64,000 nucleotides of DNA from Cyanobacteria bacterium P01_D01_bin.156 (GCA_039024555.1 JBCCQQ010000003.1:64001-128000); one strand, 5' to 3'; shown: positions 30,909 to 41,507, counted from the stretch's first letter. Notes: generated by a model from the letters alone, not told the origin. Made by a program: numbers and translations.

Positions 30909-31649
30909 ATGGTTTCTTGCTTAGAATCACCATTAATCACGACACACGATACAGCTGGTTCATTTGACTCTACACAGCTGGATCTTGCTGAACTCAATAC
31001 CCGGTTTGAATCGGCAACTCCACAAGAAATTTTGGCATGGGCGATCGCAACGGTGCCCCACTTAGTGCAAATGACATCCTTCAGTATGGGGGCCATTACG
31101 CACATGCTGTATAACGAACTGCAGGCTAAACTGCCCGTCATTTTTTTAGACACCCTACACCTGTTTCCAGAAACCCTGGAAACGGCAGAAAAGGCAAAAG
31201 CTCTTTACGGTCTTGATTTGCGTATCTACAGTCCAGCCACCAATCGAGATGACTTTATTGCTCGCTATGGTGACCGGCTTTGGGAAAAAGACGTGGTCCG
31301 ATTCCACCAACTTACTAAGGTGAAACCGATGCATCGTGCCTTGGATGACTTGTCAGTACAAGGTTGGATAACAGGTCGCCGTCGCGATCAGTCGAGTAAC
31401 CGGCAACTGATGCCCATTTTGGAATTAGATAAAGACAGACGACTCAAGATTAATCCCCTTGCCAATTGGACCCATAAGGATTTGTGGCGCTACACATTTG
31501 CTCAAAACGTCTTTTATAATCCGCTCCATGATCAGGGTTATACCAGCATTGGCGACCAGCCGCTAACCACTAAAGTCACCGTTGGAGAAGACGAACGAGC
31601 AGGCCGCTGGCGAGGGAGTAGCAAAACCGAATGTGGCATTCATGGATAA
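30909..31649 (+). CDS. cysH: PAPS (phosphoadenylyl-sulfate) reductase
   Basis: FLDTLHLFPET, WITGRRRDQ, KINPLANW, GYTSIGD, RAGRW, C-terminal ECGIH; no Fe-S Cys pair. Confidence 0.93.
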   Translation: MVSCLESPLITTHDTAGSFDSTQLDLAELNTRFESATPQEILAWAIATVPHLVQMTSFSMGAITHMLYNELQAKLPVIFLDTLHLFPETLETAEKAKALYGLDLRIYSPATNRDDFIARYGDRLWEKDVVRFHQLTKVKPMHRALDDLSVQGWITGRRRDQSSNRQLMPILELDKDRRLKINPLANWTHKDLWRYTFAQNVFYNPLHDQGYTSIGDQPLTTKVTVGEDERAGRWRGSSKTECGIHG

Positions 31650-31925
31650 TGCAAGGGTCTAAAATCACCCTGAGTAGGCTCAGAAATCGAATTCGGAGTG
31701 CTTTCGCCGACTGATTCTCGCAGAGCTTGGCTTTTCTAGTACAGAAGTCTGTTTCTAAGTTTCTCCCTCGTCAAGATTTCTCGACCTGAGCGGAGACTCT
31801 TCAAAGAAACTTGATTTATTCCGAAATCTGTATTTTGCTACCTGAGGTATACACTGCAGGCCCCGAAGAGGCTACTGCAGTTGAGTACATAGATTCGACG
31901 GGTAACCTTTACTCGTAACAGGCGG

Positions 31926-33530
31926 ATGGTTATGGAAGATTTTAAGAGTACCAACGGACAGCTTTGGCGTAGTAACACTGTCGGCGGTGATGGTGGCAAA
32001 GATTTTTCGGATATTCATTGGCCACCCCAAGCGAGCGAGCGCACCATAGCAAAATCAGCGGTACCCACTGAAGTACGAATCAGACTGGGCCGCTATCTAG
32101 ACCAGATTCAAATGATTTGGTCTACCCAAGAATTTACCGCCCATGGGGGCAAGGGCGCAGATTTAGAATCCTTTGCTCTCAGCAGGAATGAATATATCGC
32201 TAATGTCAGGCTGACAGCACCTAGCAAACGCTATGTTGGCTCCGTCGAACTGATAACGAGCGCAGGGCGTAGTGTAATTTTTGGCAAACAAAAAGGAACC
32301 GTTGTTGACCTCGGTGTACCCCCCAACCATAAAGTTATTGGATTTTATGGCAGCAGTGGTCGGTGGGTCGACCAGCTAGGGGTGATTGCAGCCTCTACCG
32401 TAACCACCCTTCATCCACAGGCAACCATACCACCCACAGATCCACCAAATCATCACTCTGCAGGCAAGCCAGATCAAGCCTTACTAGATGCTATTCCCCG
32501 TTCAGGCATTGAACTGATTAAAGAATTTGAAGGCTACGCACAAGCTTTACCCGATGGACGAGCTAAGGCCTATGCTGATCCGCTCCTGGGGTGGGAAGTC
32601 CCCACCATTGGCTACGGCACCACCCGTTATCCAAACGGAGAAAAAGTCCGCGAGGGGGATGTCATTACCCAATCTGAAGCAGAGGATTACCTCATTCACC
32701 ATGTAGATCAATCTTGCCGGAGTGTCCTAGAAAAAATTCCCACCTGGGACCAGATGACCAGCAACCAGCAGGGTGCACTGTATAGCTTTGCCTACAATCT
32801 AGGGGCTGGCTTTTATCGAGGAAGTAACTTTGAGTCCATCACGCGGGTCTGCGATTCGCCAGAGCGCTGGCAGGATCAGCGCTGGATAGCGGCCCAGTTT
32901 GTCAAATATCGTAATCCTGGAAGCTCTGTGGAAGCAGGTTTGAAACGGCGGCGGCTGGCAGAGGCAGACCTATTCTGCAAACCGGTAACAGCTGCCATAC
33001 CTAACTGGCAGGACGATCATGATGAGGCTGTAGAAGCCAGCGATCGCAAACCAGAGGAGCGATTAGACAAAACCATTCAAGCAGTTGCCGGGCATCAATC
33101 CATTGGAGCAGGATTTACCCCAGAGATGTCCTTTGACACGCTCATTACGCCCCACATCACCTACGGAGAATTTGCTCGGTATGAGGAGGAGCGTCGGTTT
33201 CGTTACACCTATCAATGTCAAACAGCCTATGACATCTGTCTCTTTTTAGAAAAATGTCGAGCTCATTTTGGTGGCAATCCTTTAGTGATTACATCCGGCT
33301 ATCGACCACCGGAAATCAATGCCAGAATTGGTGGTGCTCGCCGGTCTGAACATCTCTATGACACCCCAGACAAAGGTGCCGTGGATTTTTACATTAAGGG
33401 TGTCAGCATCTATGAAGTAGAAGCATGGTGTGACCAAAACTATCCTTACAGCATCGGTTATGGTGCTGCCAGAGGATTTGTGCATTTAGGAATGCGCCCT
33501 GGCAAACCACGGGTGCGCTGGGTATATTAG
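31926..33530 (+). CDS. Jacalin-like lectin + GH24 lysozyme + peptidase M15 fusion (peptidoglycan hydrolase)
   Basis: Jacalin GGDGG...GFYGSSGRWVDQLG; lysozyme IKEFEG..AYAD..PTIGYG..FAYNLG..GLKRRR.AE; M15 ITSGYR..N..IGGA..SEH..GAVDF..FVHLG. Confidence 0.85.
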   Translation: MVMEDFKSTNGQLWRSNTVGGDGGKDFSDIHWPPQASERTIAKSAVPTEVRIRLGRYLDQIQMIWSTQEFTAHGGKGADLESFALSRNEYIANVRLTAPSKRYVGSVELITSAGRSVIFGKQKGTVVDLGVPPNHKVIGFYGSSGRWVDQLGVIAASTVTTLHPQATIPPTDPPNHHSAGKPDQALLDAIPRSGIELIKEFEGYAQALPDGRAKAYADPLLGWEVPTIGYGTTRYPNGEKVREGDVITQSEAEDYLIHHVDQSCRSVLEKIPTWDQMTSNQQGALYSFAYNLGAGFYRGSNFESITRVCDSPERWQDQRWIAAQFVKYRNPGSSVEAGLKRRRLAEADLFCKPVTAAIPNWQDDHDEAVEASDRKPEERLDKTIQAVAGHQSIGAGFTPEMSFDTLITPHITYGEFARYEEERRFRYTYQCQTAYDICLFLEKCRAHFGGNPLVITSGYRPPEINARIGGARRSEHLYDTPDKGAVDFYIKGVSIYEVEAWCDQNYPYSIGYGAARGFVHLGMRPGKPRVRWVY

Positions 33531-33655
33531 CGTTCCTGGCTAGGTCAGAAATTTTGCAAGAGACGCCATAGTTCCCAAGAAATCTAAATGGTCCAACCAC
33601 AAGGAAAGTCCTGACCAGTACCCTGGTAAAGCAGATTTAAGCAACAATAGCGCCA

Positions 33656-35110
33656 GTGGATTTTTCTGCCCTGCCAACAACGGCATTTATTCAGCCTGAT
33701 GGTGAGAATCGCCATGAGATCACACCCTTACTTCATCAGGTAGTCGATCTTTTGGTGGAGCACATGGCTCAAGCGACCACGCGGTCACCGCTACCGGAGC
33801 CACTAGATCCAAGTGCCTGGGCTGAAATCCCCCATTCTTCGAGAAGTATAGAACAACTAATGGAGGACGTGCGATCGCACGTCCTCCATTCTATGAATGC
33901 TACACATCCTGGCTACATTGGCCACATGGACTCTATTCCCACCACAGTATCGGTAATGGGTGACATGCTCGTTGCGGCCCTCAACAACAATATGCTGAGT
34001 GTGGAAATGTCACCCGTATTCTCCCGTTTGGAGCATGTCGTTCTTCGGAAAATTGCCCAGCTATTCGGGTTAGGCACCCAAGCCAATGGGGTATTAGTCA
34101 GCTGCGGCAGTTTAGCCAATCTGCAGGCATTGGTTGTGGCTCGCAATGTGGCTTTTGATGCCCTCGATAAGGGACTACCTCGGGATAAACAGCCGGTCTT
34201 CTTCATTTCAGAAGTTGCCCATACATCTTTTCAAAAGGCGGCCATGGTCATGGGTTTAGGAACCGAGGCAGCTATTCCCATCAGCACCAACAAAAACTCT
34301 CAAGTCAAGCTGACTGACTTAGAAGACAAGTTAAAGCAGGCAAAAAACAATGGTCAACATCCCTTTGCCATTGTCGCCACTGCAGGCACTACAGTAACCG
34401 GCAGTATTGACCCCATTCCTGCGATGGCCAACCTGGCTGAGCAGCATAACCTTTGGTTTCACGTAGATGCCGCCTATGGGGGAGCACTGATGTTTTCAGA
34501 ACGTTATCGTCATTACCTGACGGGCATTGAACTTGCTGATTCAGTGACATTCAACCCTCAGAAATGGCTATACGTAGCGAAAACCTGCGCCATGGTCATG
34601 TTTCGACAATTTAAACAGCTGCAACATCACTTCCGGGTACTCGCTCCTTACATGCATGACCATGACGACTGGCCCAACCTTGGGGAGCTAACCGTTCAGG
34701 GCACTCGCCACGCAGATATTCTCAAACTGTGGCTATCGCTCCAGCACATTGGTCGTCAGGGATATGCTGCCATCATTGATCACAACTACGCCCTGACCCA
34801 AACCTTTATCAACGAGGTCAACAGTCGGCCATTTCTGACATTAGCCAGTCAGCCCCAGATGAATCTCATTTGTTTTCGCGCTGAACCGGTAGATATTGCA
34901 GCTCATCAGCACGATCCTTGGAATCATCAGCTACAGCAATGGTTACTCAAACAAGGACATACGTTTTTATCACTGCCTACCTACCGAGGGCAGAAATGGC
35001 TCAAGGCAGTTCTACTCAATCCCTTCACTACCGAGACACATATTGTTCAACTTTTTCAACAGATTGATGATTACCATGCCACCCACCAAACCATGACAGC
35101 TTCAACATGA
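33656..35110 (+). CDS. Group II PLP-dependent amino acid decarboxylase
   Basis: AHTSFQKAA, ATAGTTVTGSIDP, WFHVDAAYGG, DSVTFNPQKWL (PLP lysine). Confidence 0.9.
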   Translation: MDFSALPTTAFIQPDGENRHEITPLLHQVVDLLVEHMAQATTRSPLPEPLDPSAWAEIPHSSRSIEQLMEDVRSHVLHSMNATHPGYIGHMDSIPTTVSVMGDMLVAALNNNMLSVEMSPVFSRLEHVVLRKIAQLFGLGTQANGVLVSCGSLANLQALVVARNVAFDALDKGLPRDKQPVFFISEVAHTSFQKAAMVMGLGTEAAIPISTNKNSQVKLTDLEDKLKQAKNNGQHPFAIVATAGTTVTGSIDPIPAMANLAEQHNLWFHVDAAYGGALMFSERYRHYLTGIELADSVTFNPQKWLYVAKTCAMVMFRQFKQLQHHFRVLAPYMHDHDDWPNLGELTVQGTRHADILKLWLSLQHIGRQGYAAIIDHNYALTQTFINEVNSRPFLTLASQPQMNLICFRAEPVDIAAHQHDPWNHQLQQWLLKQGHTFLSLPTYRGQKWLKAVLLNPFTTETHIVQLFQQIDDYHATHQTMTAST

Positions 35111-35181
35111 CCATCGTGATGGACTGAACAGTTTGGGGGTTGGACTGCATAAAGCCCCATGCAGGGCTCATCACACCGAAC

Positions 35182-35210
35182 TTGACGAATACTATTAGAA
35201 CAAACACACT
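35182..35210 (+). promoter_or_regulatory. Putative sbcD promoter with overlapping LexA-like box
   Basis: TTGACG-N17-CACACT; AGAACAAACACACT (35197-35210) reads AGTGTGTTTGTTCT on the reverse strand, a degenerate LexA box. Confidence 0.4.
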
Positions 35211-35264
35211 AGTAGCGATCGCATCCCGCCTTTCTCTGCGTCCGCCATTGATTTGGATTCCACC

Positions 35265-36557
35265 ATGGTTAAACTACTCCACCTTTCCGATATCCACATG
35301 GGTAGTGGCTTTAGCCATGGACACATTAATCCAGATACTGGCTTAAATACTCGTCTGGAAGACTTTATCACTACCCTCAGTTACTGTATTGATCGTGCCC
35401 TGAGTGAGCCTGTTGATCTCGTCTTGTTTGGCGGTGATGCATTTCCTGATGCCACCCCACCGCCAGTTGTGCAGCAAGCGTTTGCTCAACAATTTCAACG
35501 TCTTGTCGCGGCTCACATCCCCACTGTTTTACTCGTGGGCAATCACGACCAGCACTCCCAAGGAATGGGGGGAGCTAGCCTCTGCATTTATCGCACCCTA
35601 GGCGTACCCGACGTGATTGTTGGAGATAGTCTCACCACTCATCGCATTAACACCCAAGCAGGTCCGGTGCAGATTGTGACTCTGCCCTGGCTTAACCACT
35701 CCAACCTCCTCACCCATCCCGAAACCGACGGACTTCCCCTGAGCACCGTTAACGAACTCATGCTAGAGCGCCTGAGAATTGCATTGGAAGGAGAAATACG
35801 AAAATTAGATCCAGCCATACCCAGCATTTTATTAGGCCACCTAATGACCGACACTGCCCGCTACGGAGCTGAAAAATTTTTAGCTGTTGGCAAGGGCTTT
35901 ACTGTCCCCATGGCTCTATTAGCCCGTCCATGCTTTGACTATGTTGCCTTGGGGCACGTACACAAACACCAAGTCTTATGCCAGCATCCGCCTGTTGTCT
36001 ACCCTGGCAGCATCGAGCGGGTAGACTTTAGCGAAGAAAAAGAAACCAAGGGTTTCATACTGGCAGAGATCGATACAGATAAGGCAGTGGTGAAATTTTG
36101 CCCTTTACCCGTTCGTGTATTCAAAACCCTAGACGTAGATCTAGCTACGACTCCAGAGCCTCAACCCAAGCTGGAAAAAGCAATTAAAAAAGCCAAACTT
36201 GCGGATGCTGTCGTGCGTTTAATTTACAAAATCAGCCCCAGCCAGGTGGATGACATAGACCACGCAGCAATACATAACCTGCTAAGTCAAACCCATAGCT
36301 ATACAATTCATCCTGAACTAGTTAGCCAGCTATCACGGCCCCGTTTACCTGAACTCACCTCCGAGACCACCCGTGACCCCATCAAGGCTTTACAAACTTA
36401 CCTAGCGAACCGCACTGATCTAGAGGATCTTCGTGAAGACATGCTGACAGCAGCTCAGACTCTGCTGTCAGAAAATATGAACACCTCTGTTATCAGTGAC
36501 GAATCCGATATCTCAGCTGACGACACAGACAATAATCAACAACTGAGGCTTTTATAA
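35265..36557 (+). CDS. sbcD: Nuclease SbcCD subunit D
   Basis: HLSDIH, GGDAF, GNHD, LGHVH, YPGSIERVDFSE. Confidence 0.93.
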   Translation: MVKLLHLSDIHMGSGFSHGHINPDTGLNTRLEDFITTLSYCIDRALSEPVDLVLFGGDAFPDATPPPVVQQAFAQQFQRLVAAHIPTVLLVGNHDQHSQGMGGASLCIYRTLGVPDVIVGDSLTTHRINTQAGPVQIVTLPWLNHSNLLTHPETDGLPLSTVNELMLERLRIALEGEIRKLDPAIPSILLGHLMTDTARYGAEKFLAVGKGFTVPMALLARPCFDYVALGHVHKHQVLCQHPPVVYPGSIERVDFSEEKETKGFILAEIDTDKAVVKFCPLPVRVFKTLDVDLATTPEPQPKLEKAIKKAKLADAVVRLIYKISPSQVDDIDHAAIHNLLSQTHSYTIHPELVSQLSRPRLPELTSETTRDPIKALQTYLANRTDLEDLREDMLTAAQTLLSENMNTSVISDESDISADDTDNNQQLRLL

Positions 36558-36571
36558 AGGATCTCATACAC

Positions 36572-37432
36572 TTAAAGACAGGCAACCCATTGCTTGAGCC
36601 CCGAGCAAACCTGATTCAAAAAGTCCAAGTCTAGAGTGTCTAATGTATCGCTAGAGCGATGATAGTGAGGATTGCGCAGATCCGCTGTATCCGTCACAAG
36701 GATGGCATTGTATCCTGCATCCCAAAAAGGAGCATGATCGCTACGACGAGTGGCTGGCAATGGTTTACCACGATTAAACATCGGTAACCAGGCACAGTTG
36801 ACCCCAGCTTGCCTAAAATTCTGCTGTAACCGCCAGAGTATGGGTATGGTGGGCCAATTACCAATGAGGGCAATAAAATCCCCTGTCTTAGGATAGAAAT
36901 AATCCAAACCTGGCAAAGGGTAAGTTTGGCTAGACTGAGGGGCTGACGACCGCACACAGTAGCCCAGCATCTCTAACGAAAGCATGACATGTACAGGCTG
37001 TCCTACAAAGGTTTCCACATAAGCATGGCTGCCTAATAAACCATATTCTTCTAAATCAAAAGCCACTAACCGCACTGGTCGTCGTGGCAATTGGGTCGAC
37101 AGATACCTTGCTAATTCCAACAAAACGGCTACCCCGGTTGCATTATCGTCAGCACCAGGGCAACCAGGGACTGTATCGTAGTGAGCGCCAATCACAACAG
37201 GGGCCAGGCTTGTCTGTCCAGGAATATCTAAATAGAGGTTGTAATGCGGCTGTCCCCGACATGTAAACGGTATTTTTTGAGGTGTGCCCCACTGTTCTAG
37301 CTGTTTTTGAATGTAATACCGGACATAGTAATGCCCCTGTCTAGCAAGATAGGGATCACGCTCACGAATTAATTCTTTGAGATGGGACACTAAATGCTGC
37401 CACTGAGAATCATCAACCATAGGCAAGTTCAA
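36572..37432 (-). CDS. Peptidase M28 family protein
   Basis: GAHYD, GADDNATG, DLEEYGLLGS, LEMLGY, RSDHAPF, YH...DT. Confidence 0.9.
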   Translation of the reverse strand: MNLPMVDDSQWQHLVSHLKELIRERDPYLARQGHYYVRYYIQKQLEQWGTPQKIPFTCRGQPHYNLYLDIPGQTSLAPVVIGAHYDTVPGCPGADDNATGVAVLLELARYLSTQLPRRPVRLVAFDLEEYGLLGSHAYVETFVGQPVHVMLSLEMLGYCVRSSAPQSSQTYPLPGLDYFYPKTGDFIALIGNWPTIPILWRLQQNFRQAGVNCAWLPMFNRGKPLPATRRSDHAPFWDAGYNAILVTDTADLRNPHYHRSSDTLDTLDLDFLNQVCSGLKQWVACL

Positions 37433-37892
37433 GGAACTCAGATTGCAATTGAATTAGGGCACTGCCGAACGTCAAGGTGATTTTTTGCAAGCTCGAGCTA
37501 TTCAAGGTACATATTAGTTAACTGATAACTTCAAGACGCTCTTAGTATCAGGGAAAATACGCAAACTACCATTTTTTATTTCTAGGGAATATTTATATTA
37601 CTTATCTTTGGCAGCCACATTCTGTCTCCCAACAGGCTTGAATCACAAGCTATGTATCCTTTTTCAGGGTTGAGGTTGACGTGCAAGCGGCCCAACCCTA
37701 ATTACGGGGTCACTGACAATCTGCCCTAACAAATAGAACAGACTGTATACTGATCAAAATGTAATATTCAATACAAAAGTCAGGCCCAGAGACTTGCGTT
37801 ATTTCCTATCTATCTGGCAGAAGTCTCTATCAAATCAAGAAAAATTTAACCTTTAAGGTTTTAGTTTTCGATTTGAAATTGCTTCTCTACCT

Positions 37893-39119
37893 GTGTGTTC
37901 ACTTGTTAGTTCATCTATGTTTGATGTACCGGTTTTGGAAGTAACCGTACCTTTATCTTCAGGACTTTCCGAAGATTTTAGTCACAGTAAGGCTCGATCA
38001 AGCCCCTATATTCCTTCATCCTTATCAAATGCCGTTGTCACCTTGTCTAAACCCAAGCAGACGACGGCGGATGTTATGGATGAATCTATTGTTCCTAATG
38101 ATGCTGAGGTTCAAGCGCTAACACCTCAGGATGAAGATGCATTTCAAGCATTAAAGCCACTCAATTTGGCCAGGGTTACTGCTGCATTTGAGCAAGTTTT
38201 GACACTTTCTGTCGAAGCCCCCTCGCCCGTTGAGCCAGCTCCATTAGTCTCTAGTCAGAGCACCAAAACAATCCTTCCAACAGCTCCAGAGGTAGTGAGC
38301 TCCATATCGGATAAGAGCAACGATACTGGACCCCAATCTGTGATCTTAGATCTCAGACAACCATCATCGCCTCCGGTGGTTTTACGGCAGGAACTACAGC
38401 AATGTGTTGTTAGTGATATGCCGCCAGCAGCTAATCACAAGGCATACGCTAGCTTTCAACTGATGAAGCAAGGGGTAGCCGTTGGCAATATCTTAAATAT
38501 TAAGGATGCTGCAGGATTAGCAGGTTCTATAGAAGCTATGTTGGCACCTGGCAACCTAGATCCGAATAATATCCAACCTGTTTTAGATGAAACTGAGCCT
38601 GCAATTCAGCTAGGTGATGACATTCGATTGGAATTTATCAACCTAGCTGACACGCATGAGACATCTACCCCTTCAGATAGTGCAAGTAAATGGGCGACTA
38701 TTACTTGGACCGATCAGCTACGTCAAGCAATGGGCGGAACTCCCTTAGACCCTGGTAACATTTACGTACTGCTCAAAGGATTGAAGGCGTCTGAAAAACA
38801 GCTCAGTGGCATTGCCTCATGGTATGGGCCTTATTTTCACGGACGACTCACGGCCAATGGTGAAATCTTTGATCAAGGCACATTGACCGCAGCCCACAAA
38901 GCACTGCCTTTTAATACGATGCTGCAAGTTCGAAACTTGAATAATAATCGAACAGTTGTAGTGCGCATCAACGATAGGGGGCCTTACATTGGCAAACGTT
39001 CCTTAGATTTATCCAAGGCAGCTGCTCAATGTTTAGGAAGTCAGGATGTCGGGATTATTCCTTACGAGGCAGTCATTCTCGAAGAGCAACCGCCAGAAAC
39101 AGTTCCAGCCGATAGTTAA
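37893..39119 (+). CDS. rlpA: Septal ring lytic transglycosylase RlpA family protein
   Basis: C-terminal [44 protein letters not shown]. Confidence 0.88.
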   Translation: MCSLVSSSMFDVPVLEVTVPLSSGLSEDFSHSKARSSPYIPSSLSNAVVTLSKPKQTTADVMDESIVPNDAEVQALTPQDEDAFQALKPLNLARVTAAFEQVLTLSVEAPSPVEPAPLVSSQSTKTILPTAPEVVSSISDKSNDTGPQSVILDLRQPSSPPVVLRQELQQCVVSDMPPAANHKAYASFQLMKQGVAVGNILNIKDAAGLAGSIEAMLAPGNLDPNNIQPVLDETEPAIQLGDDIRLEFINLADTHETSTPSDSASKWATITWTDQLRQAMGGTPLDPGNIYVLLKGLKASEKQLSGIASWYGPYFHGRLTANGEIFDQGTLTAAHKALPFNTMLQVRNLNNNRTVVVRINDRGPYIGKRSLDLSKAAAQCLGSQDVGIIPYEAVILEEQPPETVPADS

Positions 39120-39214
39120 TGCCTCACCCATTTTTTACGTCCTAGCAGCTCTCCCAACTCATGCGACAACTGCATTGTCAGTCGCAGCCAATACCCTCAA
39201 ACCTGCCAGGTAAA

Positions 39215-39457
39215 CTACCAGGTGGGATCGACATATAGATTAATCACATAGGGAGATTGCCCAGAAGGAACAGCTGAAATACAAGCACAAATGGGATCTT
39301 CCTGTCCTTCTACCTCTACTTCACATGCATGACAGGACCCCATTAAGCAGCCTGTAGGAATAGTGACGCCTGCACGTTCAGCAACCTGAAGCAAGGGCTC
39401 CCCTGGAGTTGCGTTAACGGTGACATTATCAGGTAAAAAACGAACTTCAACGTTCAT
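39215..39457 (-). CDS. 2Fe-2S ferredoxin-like protein
   Basis: GCLMGSCHAC...C ligand pattern. Confidence 0.88.
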   Translation of the reverse strand: MNVEVRFLPDNVTVNATPGEPLLQVAERAGVTIPTGCLMGSCHACEVEVEGQEDPICACISAVPSGQSPYVINLYVDPTW

Positions 39458-39541
39458 AGGATGTTCGTCAATGTGAATCACAAAGAAATATTAACAAGCC
39501 TATGTCGGCATTTCTAGGGTTGATTTGAGAAGGTTGTTCCA

Positions 39542-39952
39542 TTAAGACGACTCCACCATGGCCTTAGCAGGTGCTGAGTCGCTTGGAGAGCCATTTAGAA
39601 ACCGATGTTTTGTATGCCACCAATGCTGCATTTCGCGGGATAGCTTGGCAGTGTACAGGGTAATTACAATCGGCTGAGCGCGGTATCCTTGCCCAACAAC
39701 TTCCACACAGTAGGAGGGGTGGCGTTTTGTTGCCAGGTCAACAATGAACCGTCGCCCGATCCTACGCCAACTAGGTTCCTTGCCTCGCCATTGCAAACGA
39801 CAACAGGGCCAGGGCAGTTGTTCACGATCAAACAGCTGACAACAGGGTCCAATGACACGATAGGTCAAGTGGGCACCAGGGCTTTGAAAGATATGTCCGG
39901 TGCCCCAGGGATGTTCCCCTGGTGGGGGTTGGGATGAAACGACTGATATCAA
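39542..39952 (-). CDS. Hypothetical protein with two Cys-Cys pairs (start uncertain)
   Basis: C-terminal part of the 39542..40201 ORF (GPCCQLFDREQLPWPCCRLQWRGKEPSW); the 5' extension overlaps the DUF2470 gene, so TTG 39952 was chosen. Confidence 0.6.
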   Translation of the reverse strand: MISVVSSQPPPGEHPWGTGHIFQSPGAHLTYRVIGPCCQLFDREQLPWPCCRLQWRGKEPSWRRIGRRFIVDLATKRHPSYCVEVVGQGYRAQPIVITLYTAKLSREMQHWWHTKHRFLNGSPSDSAPAKAMVESS

Positions 39953-40111
39953 AGTCCTGCTTTGGAATGAATAATGTTCGTTAGGATGCCTAAAGGTGCT
40001 TACTCCTGCAGGGCTTTGGACTCTAGCCCTAGCGTGACGTGCAAGTCCCCTATAGATAGAATATTTGCTGTAGAACAGTAAGTAGTGTACGAAATTTTGT
40101 AGGAAAGTTCT

Positions 40112-40387
40112 ATGGCTGAAGCAATCACTCCTCCAGTTAGCGATCGCATTTGCAAACACATGAATGACGACCACGCAGATGCAGTCCTCATTTATGTCCA
40201 AAAATTTGGCGATGCCACAGGTGCGACGGATGCCACCATGAAAGCCATCGATGCCACTGGCATGGATCTAGAAGCAACCATTGACGGCCAGAGCACTCCC
40301 GTCCGTATTAGCTTTGAGCGTCCTCTAGCTGATGCAAAAGATGCTCATCATATGCTTGTAGACATGCTCAAGCAAGTCAAACAATAA
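40112..40387 (+). CDS. DUF2470 domain protein
   Basis: RICKHMNDDHADA, IDATGMDL, HMLVDM. Confidence 0.88.
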   Translation: MAEAITPPVSDRICKHMNDDHADAVLIYVQKFGDATGATDATMKAIDATGMDLEATIDGQSTPVRISFERPLADAKDAHHMLVDMLKQVKQ

Positions 40388-40514
40388 GAAAATTTAGCGT
40401 TGCTGCTCCTCGGGATGATTTCAGCTGCCAAATCTAGGTAAATAGTCAGTTCTACAGAACATTTCAAAGTACGCAGTAAAGTCCCAGCAGCAGCGGCCAC
40501 TTCAGAAATACCCC

Positions 40515-41174
40515 TTATTCTTCCAAATCGCTGATAGGAACGTTAGAGCACGCTCGACGATAATCATTCCCCCCCCAATACGTCGACCCACAAAGATTGG
40601 CATCTGTTAAATCCACATCATGGACAAAGGTGACATCAAAATTTGTACGTTGCAGTTGAGTCCCTACAAACCTAGTTTTAAAGATGTATGCCTCTTCAAA
40701 ATCAGCACCCACCATGTCAGCGCCTGAGAAGTCGGCATAGTTCATCAATGCATTCTCAAAATCAGCCTCTATAAACTCAGCCGGGGTCAGCACCGGTTCG
40801 CCATCACTACCAACACCTACTATGGGTGCCGCACTGACATAGGCTAAGTTTGCATATCTTAAATCAGCACCCGACAGATTAGCACCATCCAAAACTGCGT
40901 AAAATAAGTTGGCGTTTTTCAGGTTGGCACCTTCTAGATTGGCACCTGTCAGATCTAATCGACGTAGGTCCGCTCCTCCTAAATTACAGCCGGGGCAGTC
41001 TTTCGTATCGATCACGCGTTGCAGGTCATCTACATCTAACGCTTGGGCAACTCCGGTCTGGGCCAGCATGGAGACACAGGCTGTGACGCCTGCCAAAGCG
41101 ACCGCACGATGAACACATCGCTTTACCCGCTGAGCTATTTCTTGAACCATCGGCTGTATTAGGAAACTCCTCAA
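40515..41174 (-). CDS. Secreted pentapeptide repeat protein
   Basis: Signal-like segment ending AQA, CPGCNL, A(D/N)Lxx repeats. Confidence 0.88.
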   Translation of the reverse strand: MRSFLIQPMVQEIAQRVKRCVHRAVALAGVTACVSMLAQTGVAQALDVDDLQRVIDTKDCPGCNLGGADLRRLDLTGANLEGANLKNANLFYAVLDGANLSGADLRYANLAYVSAAPIVGVGSDGEPVLTPAEFIEADFENALMNYADFSGADMVGADFEEAYIFKTRFVGTQLQRTNFDVTFVHDVDLTDANLCGSTYWGGNDYRRACSNVPISDLEE

Positions 41175-41507
41175 GGACTACTCTATCGTGTCAAATTCAT
41201 CCTGAATGCGACAAGCCTTGTCTCTCACTTAGGTAATTCCACTTATATGAGAGCACTTCAGAATGTTGAGTCAAAAAGGACCGTTCTAGCACCCTGGCAT
41301 GCGCTTACTCAGGTGCCGCAATAACCCTAAAAAAAGCCAAAAGAACTGCCTTGGTGATCCGGTTCATCCGTAGGGTTAAACAAAGACATTCCTGGGTAAC
41401 CTGACTCACACTTCCATCAAGAAAAATTACTCTAACGTTCCGTCCCTTTGCCCCTTCGGCAAGATTCAACTTAGGTCCTGCTCATAGTTCAATTTCAACC
41501 AACCCTC

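Noticed and set aside
31884..31897. LexA box upstream of the lysin (AGTACATAGATTCG)
   Set aside because: The second half-site lacks the conserved G; too weak to call
31926..33530. Prophage lysis cassette
   Set aside because: No holin, structural or integrase genes; flanked by cysH and a decarboxylase; the gene contains a host HIP1 site
39953..40201. N-terminal extension of ORF 39542..40201
   Set aside because: Overlaps the well-supported DUF2470 gene on the opposite strand
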